Source of the DNA: a virus
DNA: 64,000 nucleotides
Strand: one strand, 5' to 3'
IMG/VR virus record: IMGVR_UViG_3300048851_000105
Location: 61,779 to 125,778 of that record
Shown here: in pieces, positions 44,909 through 54,059 of the stretch
Position numbering within the stretch: the first letter of the stretch is position 1
Layout: each line of letters starts with the position of its first letter
Made by a program: the position numbers and the translations under genes
The notes under the pieces: model-generated
Told to the model about the DNA's origin: nothing
Seen by the model: only the letters and a program-made list of their open reading frames with translations
The model's database searches: none

Positions 44909-47900
44909 TTGGTCCGCAAGATCGGCCCCAACACCCGCTACGTGAAGACCGCTGAGGGTGCCGCCTTCTACGGACAGCCGATCGGCTCGCCGATCACCCC
45001 CGACATCATCAAGAAGAAGAATCGGGAAGCCGCCAGCATCGGCATCACGCCTCCGAAGGGCGCAGTCGAGGACGCAGCAGGCAAGCCGGTCAAGAGCGCA
45101 GAGGTCGCGCGACCGGCCGTCAAAGTCAGCGCTCCGCAGGCCACCGGCCCCAGCGCGTTCAAGATCGGTAACTCCGAATTCGGTGTGGCTGAGGGCTCCC
45201 GAATCTTCCAGCCCAAGAGCAACCCTGGCATCCGCTACATCATGGAGCCGGACGGCACGATCCGTGCGTTCAACCGTGACGGCGAAGCCGAGGTTCCTGA
45301 GACCCTGGCCGGGTCTCTCCGCGATCGTTTCGAGAATTTCGATGAGGGGGATGCTCGATACGAGGAACTCCAGTTCGACGGCACCGCGCCGACGAGCGAG
45401 GAGGACGTCGAGGAAGGGGCCGAGGCCGGATCACCAGGCGGAGAGGCTCGCGCTGAGTCGGCCTCCTCTGCCACGGGCAAGTGGAAGAAGCAGACCGTCT
45501 CCTACTTGCCTCCGGCTCCCGCAGGCACCAGCACGAAGCCCGAGCGCGCACAGGGTGACGGGTTCCTCTGGTCCACGGACGAGCGGTGGGGGCTCGTGAA
45601 GAGCACCACCGGCAAGGGCTACGACCTCTTCCACGCGCCCACAGGTCTCGGCATTCGTCGCAACCTCCCACGAGCGGATGCCGCCGAGTACGCAGCCGGG
45701 TTCGCCACCCTGCCTCCCCTCAGCATCGACAAGGTGGGGGAGGATTTCTCCACCGACTCGCTCGGAGACCACAAGCGCGACATCCAGAAGGTCGCAGGTG
45801 TGACGCGAGCCGTAGCAGCGGGCTCGGAGATTCCCACCTTCGAGGACGAGACCGGATCAGACGCCCCCACGGATGCCCCGGCGCCCTCTCCGGAGACCGC
45901 GAACGTCCCCGCTCCTTCGTCTGAGGATTCCTCCTGGAGTGAGCAGGGCCAGGGAGATGTCGTCTCGGAGTCGTTCGTGCGCCAGGCGCCGACCGGCTCG
46001 CAGGTCATGCACTTCCCCACGACCGGCAAGAAGGTCCTCCCCACGATGTGGACCAAGAACGACGACGGCACGTGGTCCTCGAACAAGTCGAGCAAGATGG
46101 TCACCGACGACCAGATGGTGTCCGCGCTCGGGGACAACGTCCTCATCGCTCGTGTCGGCCCCGAGGCTCCTGAGGACAGCGCGCTCTACCCGGGCGCTCC
46201 CGACTTCTCGACGGAGGACCTCCAGGCCGCCTACGACTCCCTCCTCGCGCACCCCGGCTTCCAGATCGCCTACGGCCTGCCGCAGGACTCTCCTCTCCGC
46301 GGGAAGGACGTCATCGGCGCCCTCACCACCGCGGCACGAGCCGAGCGCGCGGGGCTCTCGCCGAAGCAGGCCGTGCTCGCCCACCTCCGGGCCCACCTCG
46401 GCATCGAAGAGCCTCCGGCAGATGCGCCCACCGACGAGCCGCAGATCACGGTCGGCGCTGCGGAGCCCAAGCGTACCGGCGTGCAGGGCTTCAACGGCGG
46501 CCAGTTCACGCGCGCCGACATCCAGGAGGCAGTCGACATCCTGGAGGCGTTCCAGGGCAAGGCCTTCAAGAGCGAGTTGAACAAGAAGGGCAACGCGCTC
46601 GGCACTCTCGACCCGGCCTCGATGGTCGGCATCGAGAAGGACAAGACGATCGCGAAGCAGAAGTTCGTCGACTACCTGCGAGGAATCCTCGACGCCAACC
46701 CGCCCGCCGATGCGTCCACTTCCGAGCAGCCCCCTGCGCCGGAGAACCAGGACCGCACGCCGGAGGAGATCGTCGGCACGAGTCCTGAGTCCGTATCAGA
46801 GATCGAGTCCCTCCCGGCCGGAACTCTGGCCGCCTACTTCGCTCGCGTGTACGCCAAGAATGAGGACGGCACGTGGAGTCAGCCAGGCGACACGGAGTCC
46901 ACCCCGCTCAACTCGGAGGACTTCGCCTACACGCTCCGCGGCTTCATCGTTACGGCGCTCCCGGAGCAGGGCACGGACGAGACGCCCGATGCTGATCCTG
47001 CTCCGGAGCCTGAGGCGGAGACCTCCGAGTTCGGTGAGCGTCTGGAGGACCCCGCCGACTTCGCGAGCACGTCCAACATCGGAGACTCTCTCACCATCAC
47101 GCGTCCGGACGGCTCCCGCGAGACGCTGGTGCGTATCCCGGACGAGGGCGGCCAGCGCGCATGGCGCACCGGACTGGGATTCATCCAGTACGACAAGGAC
47201 CTCTTCTTCCTCCCCGGCGAGAACGAATACTTCGGCCGCCGTGCCGAGGCACCCGCCGACAGCGGCGGCAGGGTCGAGGAGCCCCCCGCTCCAAGTCCCG
47301 AGCCCGCGGGTCCTGCTTTCGCTCCCGGACAGAACGCGACCGGAGCCGACGTCGAGAGCATGGTCGACGGCACTCGGCTGATCTACACCCGCAAGGACGG
47401 CCGCACGACGGCGTACACAGTGCGACTCGGAGGTCGAGTTCTTGTGACCGACCGAGGCACGGAAGTCGCCTTCGACCGCGTCGCTCGCATGAAGTTCCTC
47501 GTCTACAGCGTGCCCGGTGCTGAGCAGCCTCCCACGTCGTCCAATGCGCCTGTTCCCGCTCCCCAGGATGCTCCTCGTATCGGAGACACCGGAGTCGGAG
47601 ATCGGGTTCCGAGCCGGTACGCCCTCGAAGAGGCCCCGGTGGGTTCTCAGGTGGTCGACCTTGCAGGTGCTTCGTACACCAAGACCAGCCCTTACGAGTG
47701 GCGAAACAACGTCACTGGAGAGGCATTCGATGGCTCCAGTGTGACCTCGTCGTTCCGTCGAGAACTGACGTGGGCTCACATTCCGGAGAAGGCTCCGGAC
47801 ACGCCGTGGGTGGCGCCCGAGCCCAGCCCCACGTGGACTCAGTTCGGTGGTTGGAAGAAGGGAGACTTCCTCACTCTTCGCGACATGGATCGTGATCTCG

Positions 47901-50815
47901 AAAGCCTCCCGGTCCTCAGTTACGTCTCTCTGCAAGACCCTGAGGATCGCGAGCAGAATCTTCTTTTCTCGAAGGACCCGGATGGCCGCTGGTCCGGTCA
48001 GAGCGTTTTCACTGGGGAGAAGATTTCTCCAGTGGACTCGACGACGCTGCGGGACATTGTGCTCGCGCGCCACGCCAAGGTCGAGATCACCCGTGTCGGA
48101 CTTGCTCACGAGCAGCCAGGAGCGGGCTCCAAGGTCCTCTTCACCGACGTCGAATCGGCCCGTATCGGCGATGTGTTCCTCTATCGAGACCCCCGCATGC
48201 GCGGTCGTGAGGTCCTCTTCCAGGCTGTGGATGATGAGGCTGGCGGCATCGACTGGATCAGCAACGTCCCCGACATCCCCTTCGAGCGGTCCGCTACCCT
48301 GCTCAACTACGCCCGCTACGGTCACCTCTACACGGCCAACGCGGAGGACTTCGATCGTCCGTTCCTCATCATGACCGCGGACGAGTTCGAGAGTCAGGCT
48401 GTAGGCACTCTGGTTCGAGCGGGCAGTGGCTACTTCATCCGCGAGGAGGGTCCTGACGGACCACAGTGGGTGGCGATTCCCTCGCGGCGCTCTGGAGACT
48501 ATCGACAGCCGGTGACGTCGAACCATCTGGCTCTTCTCGCGGCGAACTCCACTTTCACCAATCGCAGCGCACGGACGGGGTACGTGCTCCGAGACGGAGC
48601 CGCTGAGACGATCGAGCCTGTGGTCGGCGCCGAGATGTCTCCTTTCGATCTTCAGTTCGTGCCGAGGGGCACGCGCGTCGAAACAGCCACAGGCGTGTTC
48701 GTGTCGGACGGAAACGACCGCTGGACGCGCGAGGATTCGACCGAATCTCTCCTTGGCGAGACCTGGGACTCTCTCGGCATCCAGTACCCAGTCGTGCGCG
48801 TGCTTCGTGTCGGCCGCGAGGAGGCCTCCCCCGCATCTCCCAACACAACTGTCCCGTACGAGGACATGATCCGTTACCCGGTAGGGTCACGCTTCCGGGT
48901 CGGCGGAATCCGCAGCGGTGAGTGGACTGTCATTGACGATCGCTCGATGACTGACGGCCGACAGAACTACGCCTTCGGAATCTTCGACCGCGACGACGAT
49001 GCGACGTTCGAGTACATCGGTCGCACCGACATGAGTGCCGTCCCCGAGATCGGCTCCGCGGTGCCCTTCCCGGATCAGATGCGCTCGCTTCCTGTCGGAG
49101 CATTCCTCACGAGCGCATCCAACGTCGTCAGCGTCCAGAAGGTCGGTCCTGACTCCTACGCCGTCGTGCGCGATCGAGGCCGTACGTCCAGTGATGGGGA
49201 CCGCTATGAAAACGCTGAGGACCTCCTGTCCAACATGCGCACGACGCTCACCTACGACCGTGACGCACATTCTGGCGAACCCGTCACGGCAGACTCCTCC
49301 CAGATCGGGTCGGCGCATGTTGGTGCGATCGTCGTGAATGGCAACGACCTGCGCGACGCGCGGACGCTCACTGAGAGCGGCTGGGAGACCCGAGATGGGA
49401 ACCCCGTCTCGACGGAGGAACTGCGCACTCTCTTAGGTGAGGGCACGCACTACTTCCAGGCGAAGCGTACGCCCGCCAGCAAGTACGTGACGGCCGGGGA
49501 GATCGCCATTGCGAAGCCGGGCACTGCGGCTTACCTGCGCCTCCCCAAGGGAGCGGATGGGCACAAGACGAAGCGCCTGGTCTTCAACGGCACCTCCTGG
49601 CTCACGACGGACGGCAAGGACAGCCGGTACGCAGAGCCTCGCGAGTTCACGACAGACGAGATGCTGGCAGCAGCGGCTCGCGGTGACGTGAAGATCACGT
49701 CCGAGGCACGCCCTCGTCTCGATCACGAGGAGTACGTCCAGGCCGTCCAGAGCGCTGAGACCCCTGCGGATGCTCTCGCACTGGCTCGCGCGCAGCATCC
49801 TCGTGTTCGCTACCGCGACTGGGACTTCCGCAAGACGGAGCGGCCGTCCGATCGAGTCGACAAGATGCAGGCGTACCGAGAATTCCTCATCGAAACCGCG
49901 AGGCAGTTCGACAACTACCCCGAACTCCAGTCCGTCAGGTCGATCGGAGGTGAAAACTCTACGGCGATGGCATTTGCGTGGGTGAATCACCGTGTCGGAG
50001 CCACGACGATCGACACGTCCTCCATGACGATGAACATGAAGTGGGGAAAGTGGAGCACCGGGGTAGGGTATCGAACGTCCCAGGCAACCAACCACTTCCA
50101 CGGCGTACCCCGCCGAGGCATCACGCCCGCGATGCAGACGGTCACGCACGAGTTCGGGCACCTCCTCGACACGAACACGGGCATGACGATGGGCGCTGTC
50201 GCCAAGCGTGCCGAGCAGGAGTTCCTCTCTCGCTACCCGGCTGGTCCTGAGCGAGATGCCGTGCAGGCGCAGACGAGCAAGTATGCGCAGACGAACTCGG
50301 CCGAGTTGGTTGCGGAGTCCATCGAGAACTGGACGAATGGCGAAGAGGTCGAGCCAATCACTGAGCACATCGTCGCAGCGCTTCAGGAGCACTACCGGGT
50401 GGTGACCGGCAACACCCGATTCGAGTTCAAGAAGAACCCCGGCCGTCCGGATGCTCCGATCAACTTCGACCCGAACAAGCACGTCGTGCTCCTGCCGGGC
50501 GCGCACAGCATGGGATCGTTGACCGCTCGCGAGGGACTTCCAGCCACAGTTCAGGAACTGCGAGACGTGCCGGAAGGAACCACGGTGCGGATCGCTCAGA
50601 ATGACGAAATCTGGACCAAGGAGAAGGACAACACCTGGCGTAAGCCGAACGGTTTCGTTGACACCCTGAATGAGCCGAACACCTTCATCCAGAAGGAGCG
50701 CTTCGAGGCCGGAATCTTCTTTGTCAGCATCACCGAGCCGGAGAAGCAGCCCTGGACGGAGAACTACTCCACCGACCCCCGCAGCGTGAACTACTCGGCC
50801 GATCGCGGCGAGTGA
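44909..50815 (+). CDS. 1968-aa putative virion-packaged polyvalent protein with repeats and HExxH metallopeptidase
   Basis: N-terminus paralogous to 41325 gene; ~14 LPxG...WxK...W repeats; THEFGHLLD...SKYAQTN..ELVAE. Confidence 0.75.
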   Translation: MVRKIGPNTRYVKTAEGAAFYGQPIGSPITPDIIKKKNREAASIGITPPKGAVEDAAGKPVKSAEVARPAVKVSAPQATGPSAFKIGNSEFGVAEGSRIFQPKSNPGIRYIMEPDGTIRAFNRDGEAEVPETLAGSLRDRFENFDEGDARYEELQFDGTAPTSEEDVEEGAEAGSPGGEARAESASSATGKWKKQTVSYLPPAPAGTSTKPERAQGDGFLWSTDERWGLVKSTTGKGYDLFHAPTGLGIRRNLPRADAAEYAAGFATLPPLSIDKVGEDFSTDSLGDHKRDIQKVAGVTRAVAAGSEIPTFEDETGSDAPTDAPAPSPETANVPAPSSEDSSWSEQGQGDVVSESFVRQAPTGSQVMHFPTTGKKVLPTMWTKNDDGTWSSNKSSKMVTDDQMVSALGDNVLIARVGPEAPEDSALYPGAPDFSTEDLQAAYDSLLAHPGFQIAYGLPQDSPLRGKDVIGALTTAARAERAGLSPKQAVLAHLRAHLGIEEPPADAPTDEPQITVGAAEPKRTGVQGFNGGQFTRADIQEAVDILEAFQGKAFKSELNKKGNALGTLDPASMVGIEKDKTIAKQKFVDYLRGILDANPPADASTSEQPPAPENQDRTPEEIVGTSPESVSEIESLPAGTLAAYFARVYAKNEDGTWSQPGDTESTPLNSEDFAYTLRGFIVTALPEQGTDETPDADPAPEPEAETSEFGERLEDPADFASTSNIGDSLTITRPDGSRETLVRIPDEGGQRAWRTGLGFIQYDKDLFFLPGENEYFGRRAEAPADSGGRVEEPPAPSPEPAGPAFAPGQNATGADVESMVDGTRLIYTRKDGRTTAYTVRLGGRVLVTDRGTEVAFDRVARMKFLVYSVPGAEQPPTSSNAPVPAPQDAPRIGDTGVGDRVPSRYALEEAPVGSQVVDLAGASYTKTSPYEWRNNVTGEAFDGSSVTSSFRRELTWAHIPEKAPDTPWVAPEPSPTWTQFGGWKKGDFLTLRDMDRDLESLPVLSYVSLQDPEDREQNLLFSKDPDGRWSGQSVFTGEKISPVDSTTLRDIVLARHAKVEITRVGLAHEQPGAGSKVLFTDVESARIGDVFLYRDPRMRGREVLFQAVDDEAGGIDWISNVPDIPFERSATLLNYARYGHLYTANAEDFDRPFLIMTADEFESQAVGTLVRAGSGYFIREEGPDGPQWVAIPSRRSGDYRQPVTSNHLALLAANSTFTNRSARTGYVLRDGAAETIEPVVGAEMSPFDLQFVPRGTRVETATGVFVSDGNDRWTREDSTESLLGETWDSLGIQYPVVRVLRVGREEASPASPNTTVPYEDMIRYPVGSRFRVGGIRSGEWTVIDDRSMTDGRQNYAFGIFDRDDDATFEYIGRTDMSAVPEIGSAVPFPDQMRSLPVGAFLTSASNVVSVQKVGPDSYAVVRDRGRTSSDGDRYENAEDLLSNMRTTLTYDRDAHSGEPVTADSSQIGSAHVGAIVVNGNDLRDARTLTESGWETRDGNPVSTEELRTLLGEGTHYFQAKRTPASKYVTAGEIAIAKPGTAAYLRLPKGADGHKTKRLVFNGTSWLTTDGKDSRYAEPREFTTDEMLAAAARGDVKITSEARPRLDHEEYVQAVQSAETPADALALARAQHPRVRYRDWDFRKTERPSDRVDKMQAYREFLIETARQFDNYPELQSVRSIGGENSTAMAFAWVNHRVGATTIDTSSMTMNMKWGKWSTGVGYRTSQATNHFHGVPRRGITPAMQTVTHEFGHLLDTNTGMTMGAVAKRAEQEFLSRYPAGPERDAVQAQTSKYAQTNSAELVAESIENWTNGEEVEPITEHIVAALQEHYRVVTGNTRFEFKKNPGRPDAPINFDPNKHVVLLPGAHSMGSLTAREGLPATVQELRDVPEGTTVRIAQNDEIWTKEKDNTWRKPNGFVDTLNEPNTFIQKERFEAGIFFVSITEPEKQPWTENYSTDPRSVNYSADRGE

Positions 50816-50831
50816 GAGAAGGAGACAGGCC

Positions 50832-51062
50832 ATGATGCCGTACGGAGCATCCATCACTGAGCAGGAACTCGACGCAGCGCTCGACGAGGCAGCCACGGGT
50901 ATGACCCGCACCGACCTCGGCGTCAACGAACCGATTCGAGAAATCCTGACTCGGGTGGCGACGAACCGCGCAGTGTCTGACGAGGATGCTGCGGAAGCGC
51001 ATCGCCTCCGTCAGGAGATGGAGGACGAGGAGAACCTCGCGGAGGCTTCCTCAGGCCAGTAG
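50832..51062 (+). CDS. small acidic protein, candidate immunity
   Basis: GAAGGAG RBS; directly after the peptidase gene. Confidence 0.6.
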   Translation: MMPYGASITEQELDAALDEAATGMTRTDLGVNEPIREILTRVATNRAVSDEDAAEAHRLRQEMEDEENLAEASSGQ

Positions 51063-51096
51063 TGACGTCTCGCGAGAATCTGCCAATGGTAGAGCC

Positions 51097-52221
51097 ATGG
51101 GAGACCTCGCGATCATTCCTCAGCCTCAGGGGGCCGGAGGATACCTCGAACTGGCACGTGGCTCTGGTGAGGCGCGCAAGAAGCAGGGACGTGTCTTCGA
51201 GAAGCACATCCTCAACTACGGCACGCTGAAGCACCCCAAGGCGCCCGGCGGCGAGGTCGAGATCGACGACAAGTTCGTCGACACGATGATCCTCAACTTC
51301 TCGAACGGTGTCTGCGACATCGTGCAGGTCCCGGTTGCCGGGTCGAAGAACGAGCACACCGAGGACCCGATGCGCAACATCGGCGAGGTCATCGACATCG
51401 TGAAGCGCGACAACAAGGTCTACGTGCACATCGACGCGCGTAACGATGCCGCGGCCGACGCGCTCGGCAAGACCCTCATCGGCGCCAGCGCCATGATGGA
51501 CCTCAACTACACGGACACCCGCACGGGGCTTCCCGCGGGCCCGACTCTGCTTCACACGGCGGTGACCAACCGTCCGTACGTGACTGGCCTGGAGGACTAC
51601 CAGGAGGTCATCGCAGCATCTGCCAATGGTAGTGAGGACGAAGTTCTCATGCTCACCGCATCAGACCAGGAGAAGAACATGCCCACCAAGGACGAACTCA
51701 TCGCCGCACTGAAGACCGAGCACGGCGTTGACGTGGCCGCTCTTCTTGCGGAGCACGACTCCGCTGTCGCTCTCTCGAACGGCCTCCGTGAGGCCCTCGG
51801 TGAGACCGGCGTCCTCACGCTCTCGAACGGTGACACCGCCACGACCGACGACTTCATCGCCGCCGTCGCCGAGACCGTCAAGTCGAACATCTCCCTCAGC
51901 GCTCGCGTCGAGACGCTGGAGGAGAAGGACCGCAAGACGGCCGCCACCAGCCGCGTCGAGTCCCTCATCCGTCAGGGCAAGATCGCCCCGGCCGAGAAGG
52001 ACGCGCGTGTCCGTCTGCTCCTCTCCGCCCCGGACCTCTTCGAGGAGATGGTCCCCGCGACGCCGATCGTCGCCCTCTCGAACGAGTCGGAGGGAGAGAG
52101 CGGCGAACTCGGCATCCTCCCGCTGTCGAACGACCAGGACAACACGCTCACGACGGAGATCGACCGCATCGTCGCCGACGCCGCAGCCGCGGGCATGCCG
52201 GTTCAGACCAGCGCCGCCTGA
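51097..52221 (+). CDS. capsid maturation protease / scaffold fusion
   Basis: position before decoration and MCP; M..NF...H...GEV, GASA, LLHTAVTNRPYV.GL (Mu gpI-like); helical C-terminal scaffold. Confidence 0.8.
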   Translation: MGDLAIIPQPQGAGGYLELARGSGEARKKQGRVFEKHILNYGTLKHPKAPGGEVEIDDKFVDTMILNFSNGVCDIVQVPVAGSKNEHTEDPMRNIGEVIDIVKRDNKVYVHIDARNDAAADALGKTLIGASAMMDLNYTDTRTGLPAGPTLLHTAVTNRPYVTGLEDYQEVIAASANGSEDEVLMLTASDQEKNMPTKDELIAALKTEHGVDVAALLAEHDSAVALSNGLREALGETGVLTLSNGDTATTDDFIAAVAETVKSNISLSARVETLEEKDRKTAATSRVESLIRQGKIAPAEKDARVRLLLSAPDLFEEMVPATPIVALSNESEGESGELGILPLSNDQDNTLTTEIDRIVADAAAAGMPVQTSAA

Positions 52222-52265
52222 CCCACCGACCAACCGACAGCATCCGGTAGAAGGAGATACACCTC

Positions 52266-52673
52266 ATGAACCAGTTCGACTACCCCGGCAACGCGACTCC
52301 GGCACCCACCCTCACCTCGGGCGGCACCACGGTCGACGACGAACTGCTCGCGTCGTACAGCCCGCCGCCCCTCCAGAAGGGCATCACGCTGAAGCGCGGC
52401 CAGGGCATCCTGCTCCTCGGCACGCTCCTCGCGTACGAGGCGTCGAGCAAGCGCTACGTCAAGACGACGGACGCGGCCCAGGCGGTCGGCTTCCTGCGTC
52501 GGACGACCAACACGGGAGCCGCGGGCGACACGTCGTTCCCCGAGTTCGTCGGGAACATCGTCAAGAAGGGGCAACTGAAGTTGCCCAAGGTCCAGGCGGC
52601 CAACTCGGGCGTCTCTCTCACCGGTCTCCTCGGCGGTCGCGTCGACGAGCCCGGCGGGATGTTCATCTTCTAG
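52266..52673 (+). CDS. head decoration protein (lambda gpD-like)
   Basis: GITLKRGQGILLLGTLL...AVGFL; lies between scaffold and MCP. Confidence 0.75.
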   Translation: MNQFDYPGNATPAPTLTSGGTTVDDELLASYSPPPLQKGITLKRGQGILLLGTLLAYEASSKRYVKTTDAAQAVGFLRRTTNTGAAGDTSFPEFVGNIVKKGQLKLPKVQAANSGVSLTGLLGGRVDEPGGMFIF

Positions 52674-52860
52674 GCAGTACCCACCGCCGAGATGCTGAGG
52701 GTGTGGATCAGATCAAGAATCTGATCCCATCCCTGAGTCGCTCGGCAGAGAAACTCAGTACCAAGACCAGGCAAGTGCCGGTAACCAATCCGGGCCGCAG
52801 GTCGGGCTCGTACGCGGGTCGCTATAACCCACATTCGGGCGCAACGAAAGGGAGAACTCA

Positions 52861-53922
52861 GTGCCTGACATCTCGATCCTTCAGCCGCAGGTGCTCCTCG
52901 GCGTCCTGCGGCGTTTCACGACCCCGGAGAGCCTCACGCTCCTCTCGCGGGTCCCGACGCAGAACCACCCCTTCCCCACGGCGGAGTGGCAGGTCGTTCG
53001 CGGCTCGCGAGCCATCGCCAAGCCGAACGTCCCGAACTCCGAGGCGAACATCGTGCCTCGGCTCGGTCGTTCGAGCGTCCAGGCGGCGTTCATGTACCTT
53101 CGCGAGAAGAAGGTCTTCGAGCCCACCACGCTCCACTGGCTCCGCCAGGCCGCGGCGAACAACCTCCAGGACCTCGGCGTCAACCAGCAGGCGGAGCAGG
53201 CGGTCACTCGTGAACTCGCCGACCTCAACCAGCGCGCCGACAACCTCGCCGAGTACGCGCTCTGGCAGTCCCTCACGGGCCGCCTGGTCATCGACTCGGA
53301 GACGGTCCAGGCCGACGTGGACTACAAGTTCCTCGCCAGCCACAAGGCCGCCCCGGCCGTGTCGTGGGCCAACGCCACCCCCGCGGGTATCGTCGCCGAC
53401 GTCACCGCCTTCAAGCGCCTCGTCGAGCGCGACGGCCGTGTCCGCGCGGTCGACGCATACGCCACGGAGAAGACCCTCGCCTACATCTTCCAGTCGTTCG
53501 CGACCGGCGGCACGGGCAACCCGGGTGTTCTCATGTCCGACCGGATGAAGGACTCGTACTTCGCGTCCGGCACCATCCCCGGCTTCATGGGCCTCAACTG
53601 GATGCCGCAGACCGCGGTGTTCGACGCGGTGGGTGCGTCCTACACGGCGAACCCGACCGACCCCTACCAGGAGACGCCGTTCCTCGCGGACGACACGCTC
53701 ATCATCGGCAACTTCACCGACAACCGGCCGATCGAACTCATGGTCGGCCCGACCGCGGACGACAGCGCCCCGGTCGGCTACACGGGCAAGTTCACCAAGA
53801 CGTGGAAGGAGGAGGACCCGAGCGCACGCCAGATCCTCCTGGAGTGGCACTTCCTCCCCGTCATCACGCGCCCGGAGCAGTTCGTCTACGTCGGGAACGT
53901 GACCCAGCCCGCCGCAGGCTGA
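52861..53922 (+). CDS. major capsid protein (lambda gpE-like)
   Basis: 353 aa; EY..WQ.L.G, VDYK, W...DP...LLEWHFLPVI; followed by a terminator. Confidence 0.88.
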   Translation: MPDISILQPQVLLGVLRRFTTPESLTLLSRVPTQNHPFPTAEWQVVRGSRAIAKPNVPNSEANIVPRLGRSSVQAAFMYLREKKVFEPTTLHWLRQAAANNLQDLGVNQQAEQAVTRELADLNQRADNLAEYALWQSLTGRLVIDSETVQADVDYKFLASHKAAPAVSWANATPAGIVADVTAFKRLVERDGRVRAVDAYATEKTLAYIFQSFATGGTGNPGVLMSDRMKDSYFASGTIPGFMGLNWMPQTAVFDAVGASYTANPTDPYQETPFLADDTLIIGNFTDNRPIELMVGPTADDSAPVGYTGKFTKTWKEEDPSARQILLEWHFLPVITRPEQFVYVGNVTQPAAG

Positions 53923-53936
53923 CCCTCGCAGGTGCT

Positions 53937-53966
53937 CAGAGGCCCCCTCTTCGGAGGGGGCCTCTG
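53937..53966 (+). terminator. intrinsic terminator after MCP
   Basis: CAGAGGCCCCCTC-TTCG-GAGGGGGCCTCTG. Confidence 0.8.
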
Positions 53967-54059
53967 CGTGTCCGTGACCGAAGTGACGCGACACAGCGAA
54001 TCTTCTTCGGTAGCCTGTACCACACAGGGGATCGAACGGAGCAGAGAGCAGACTTTCCA

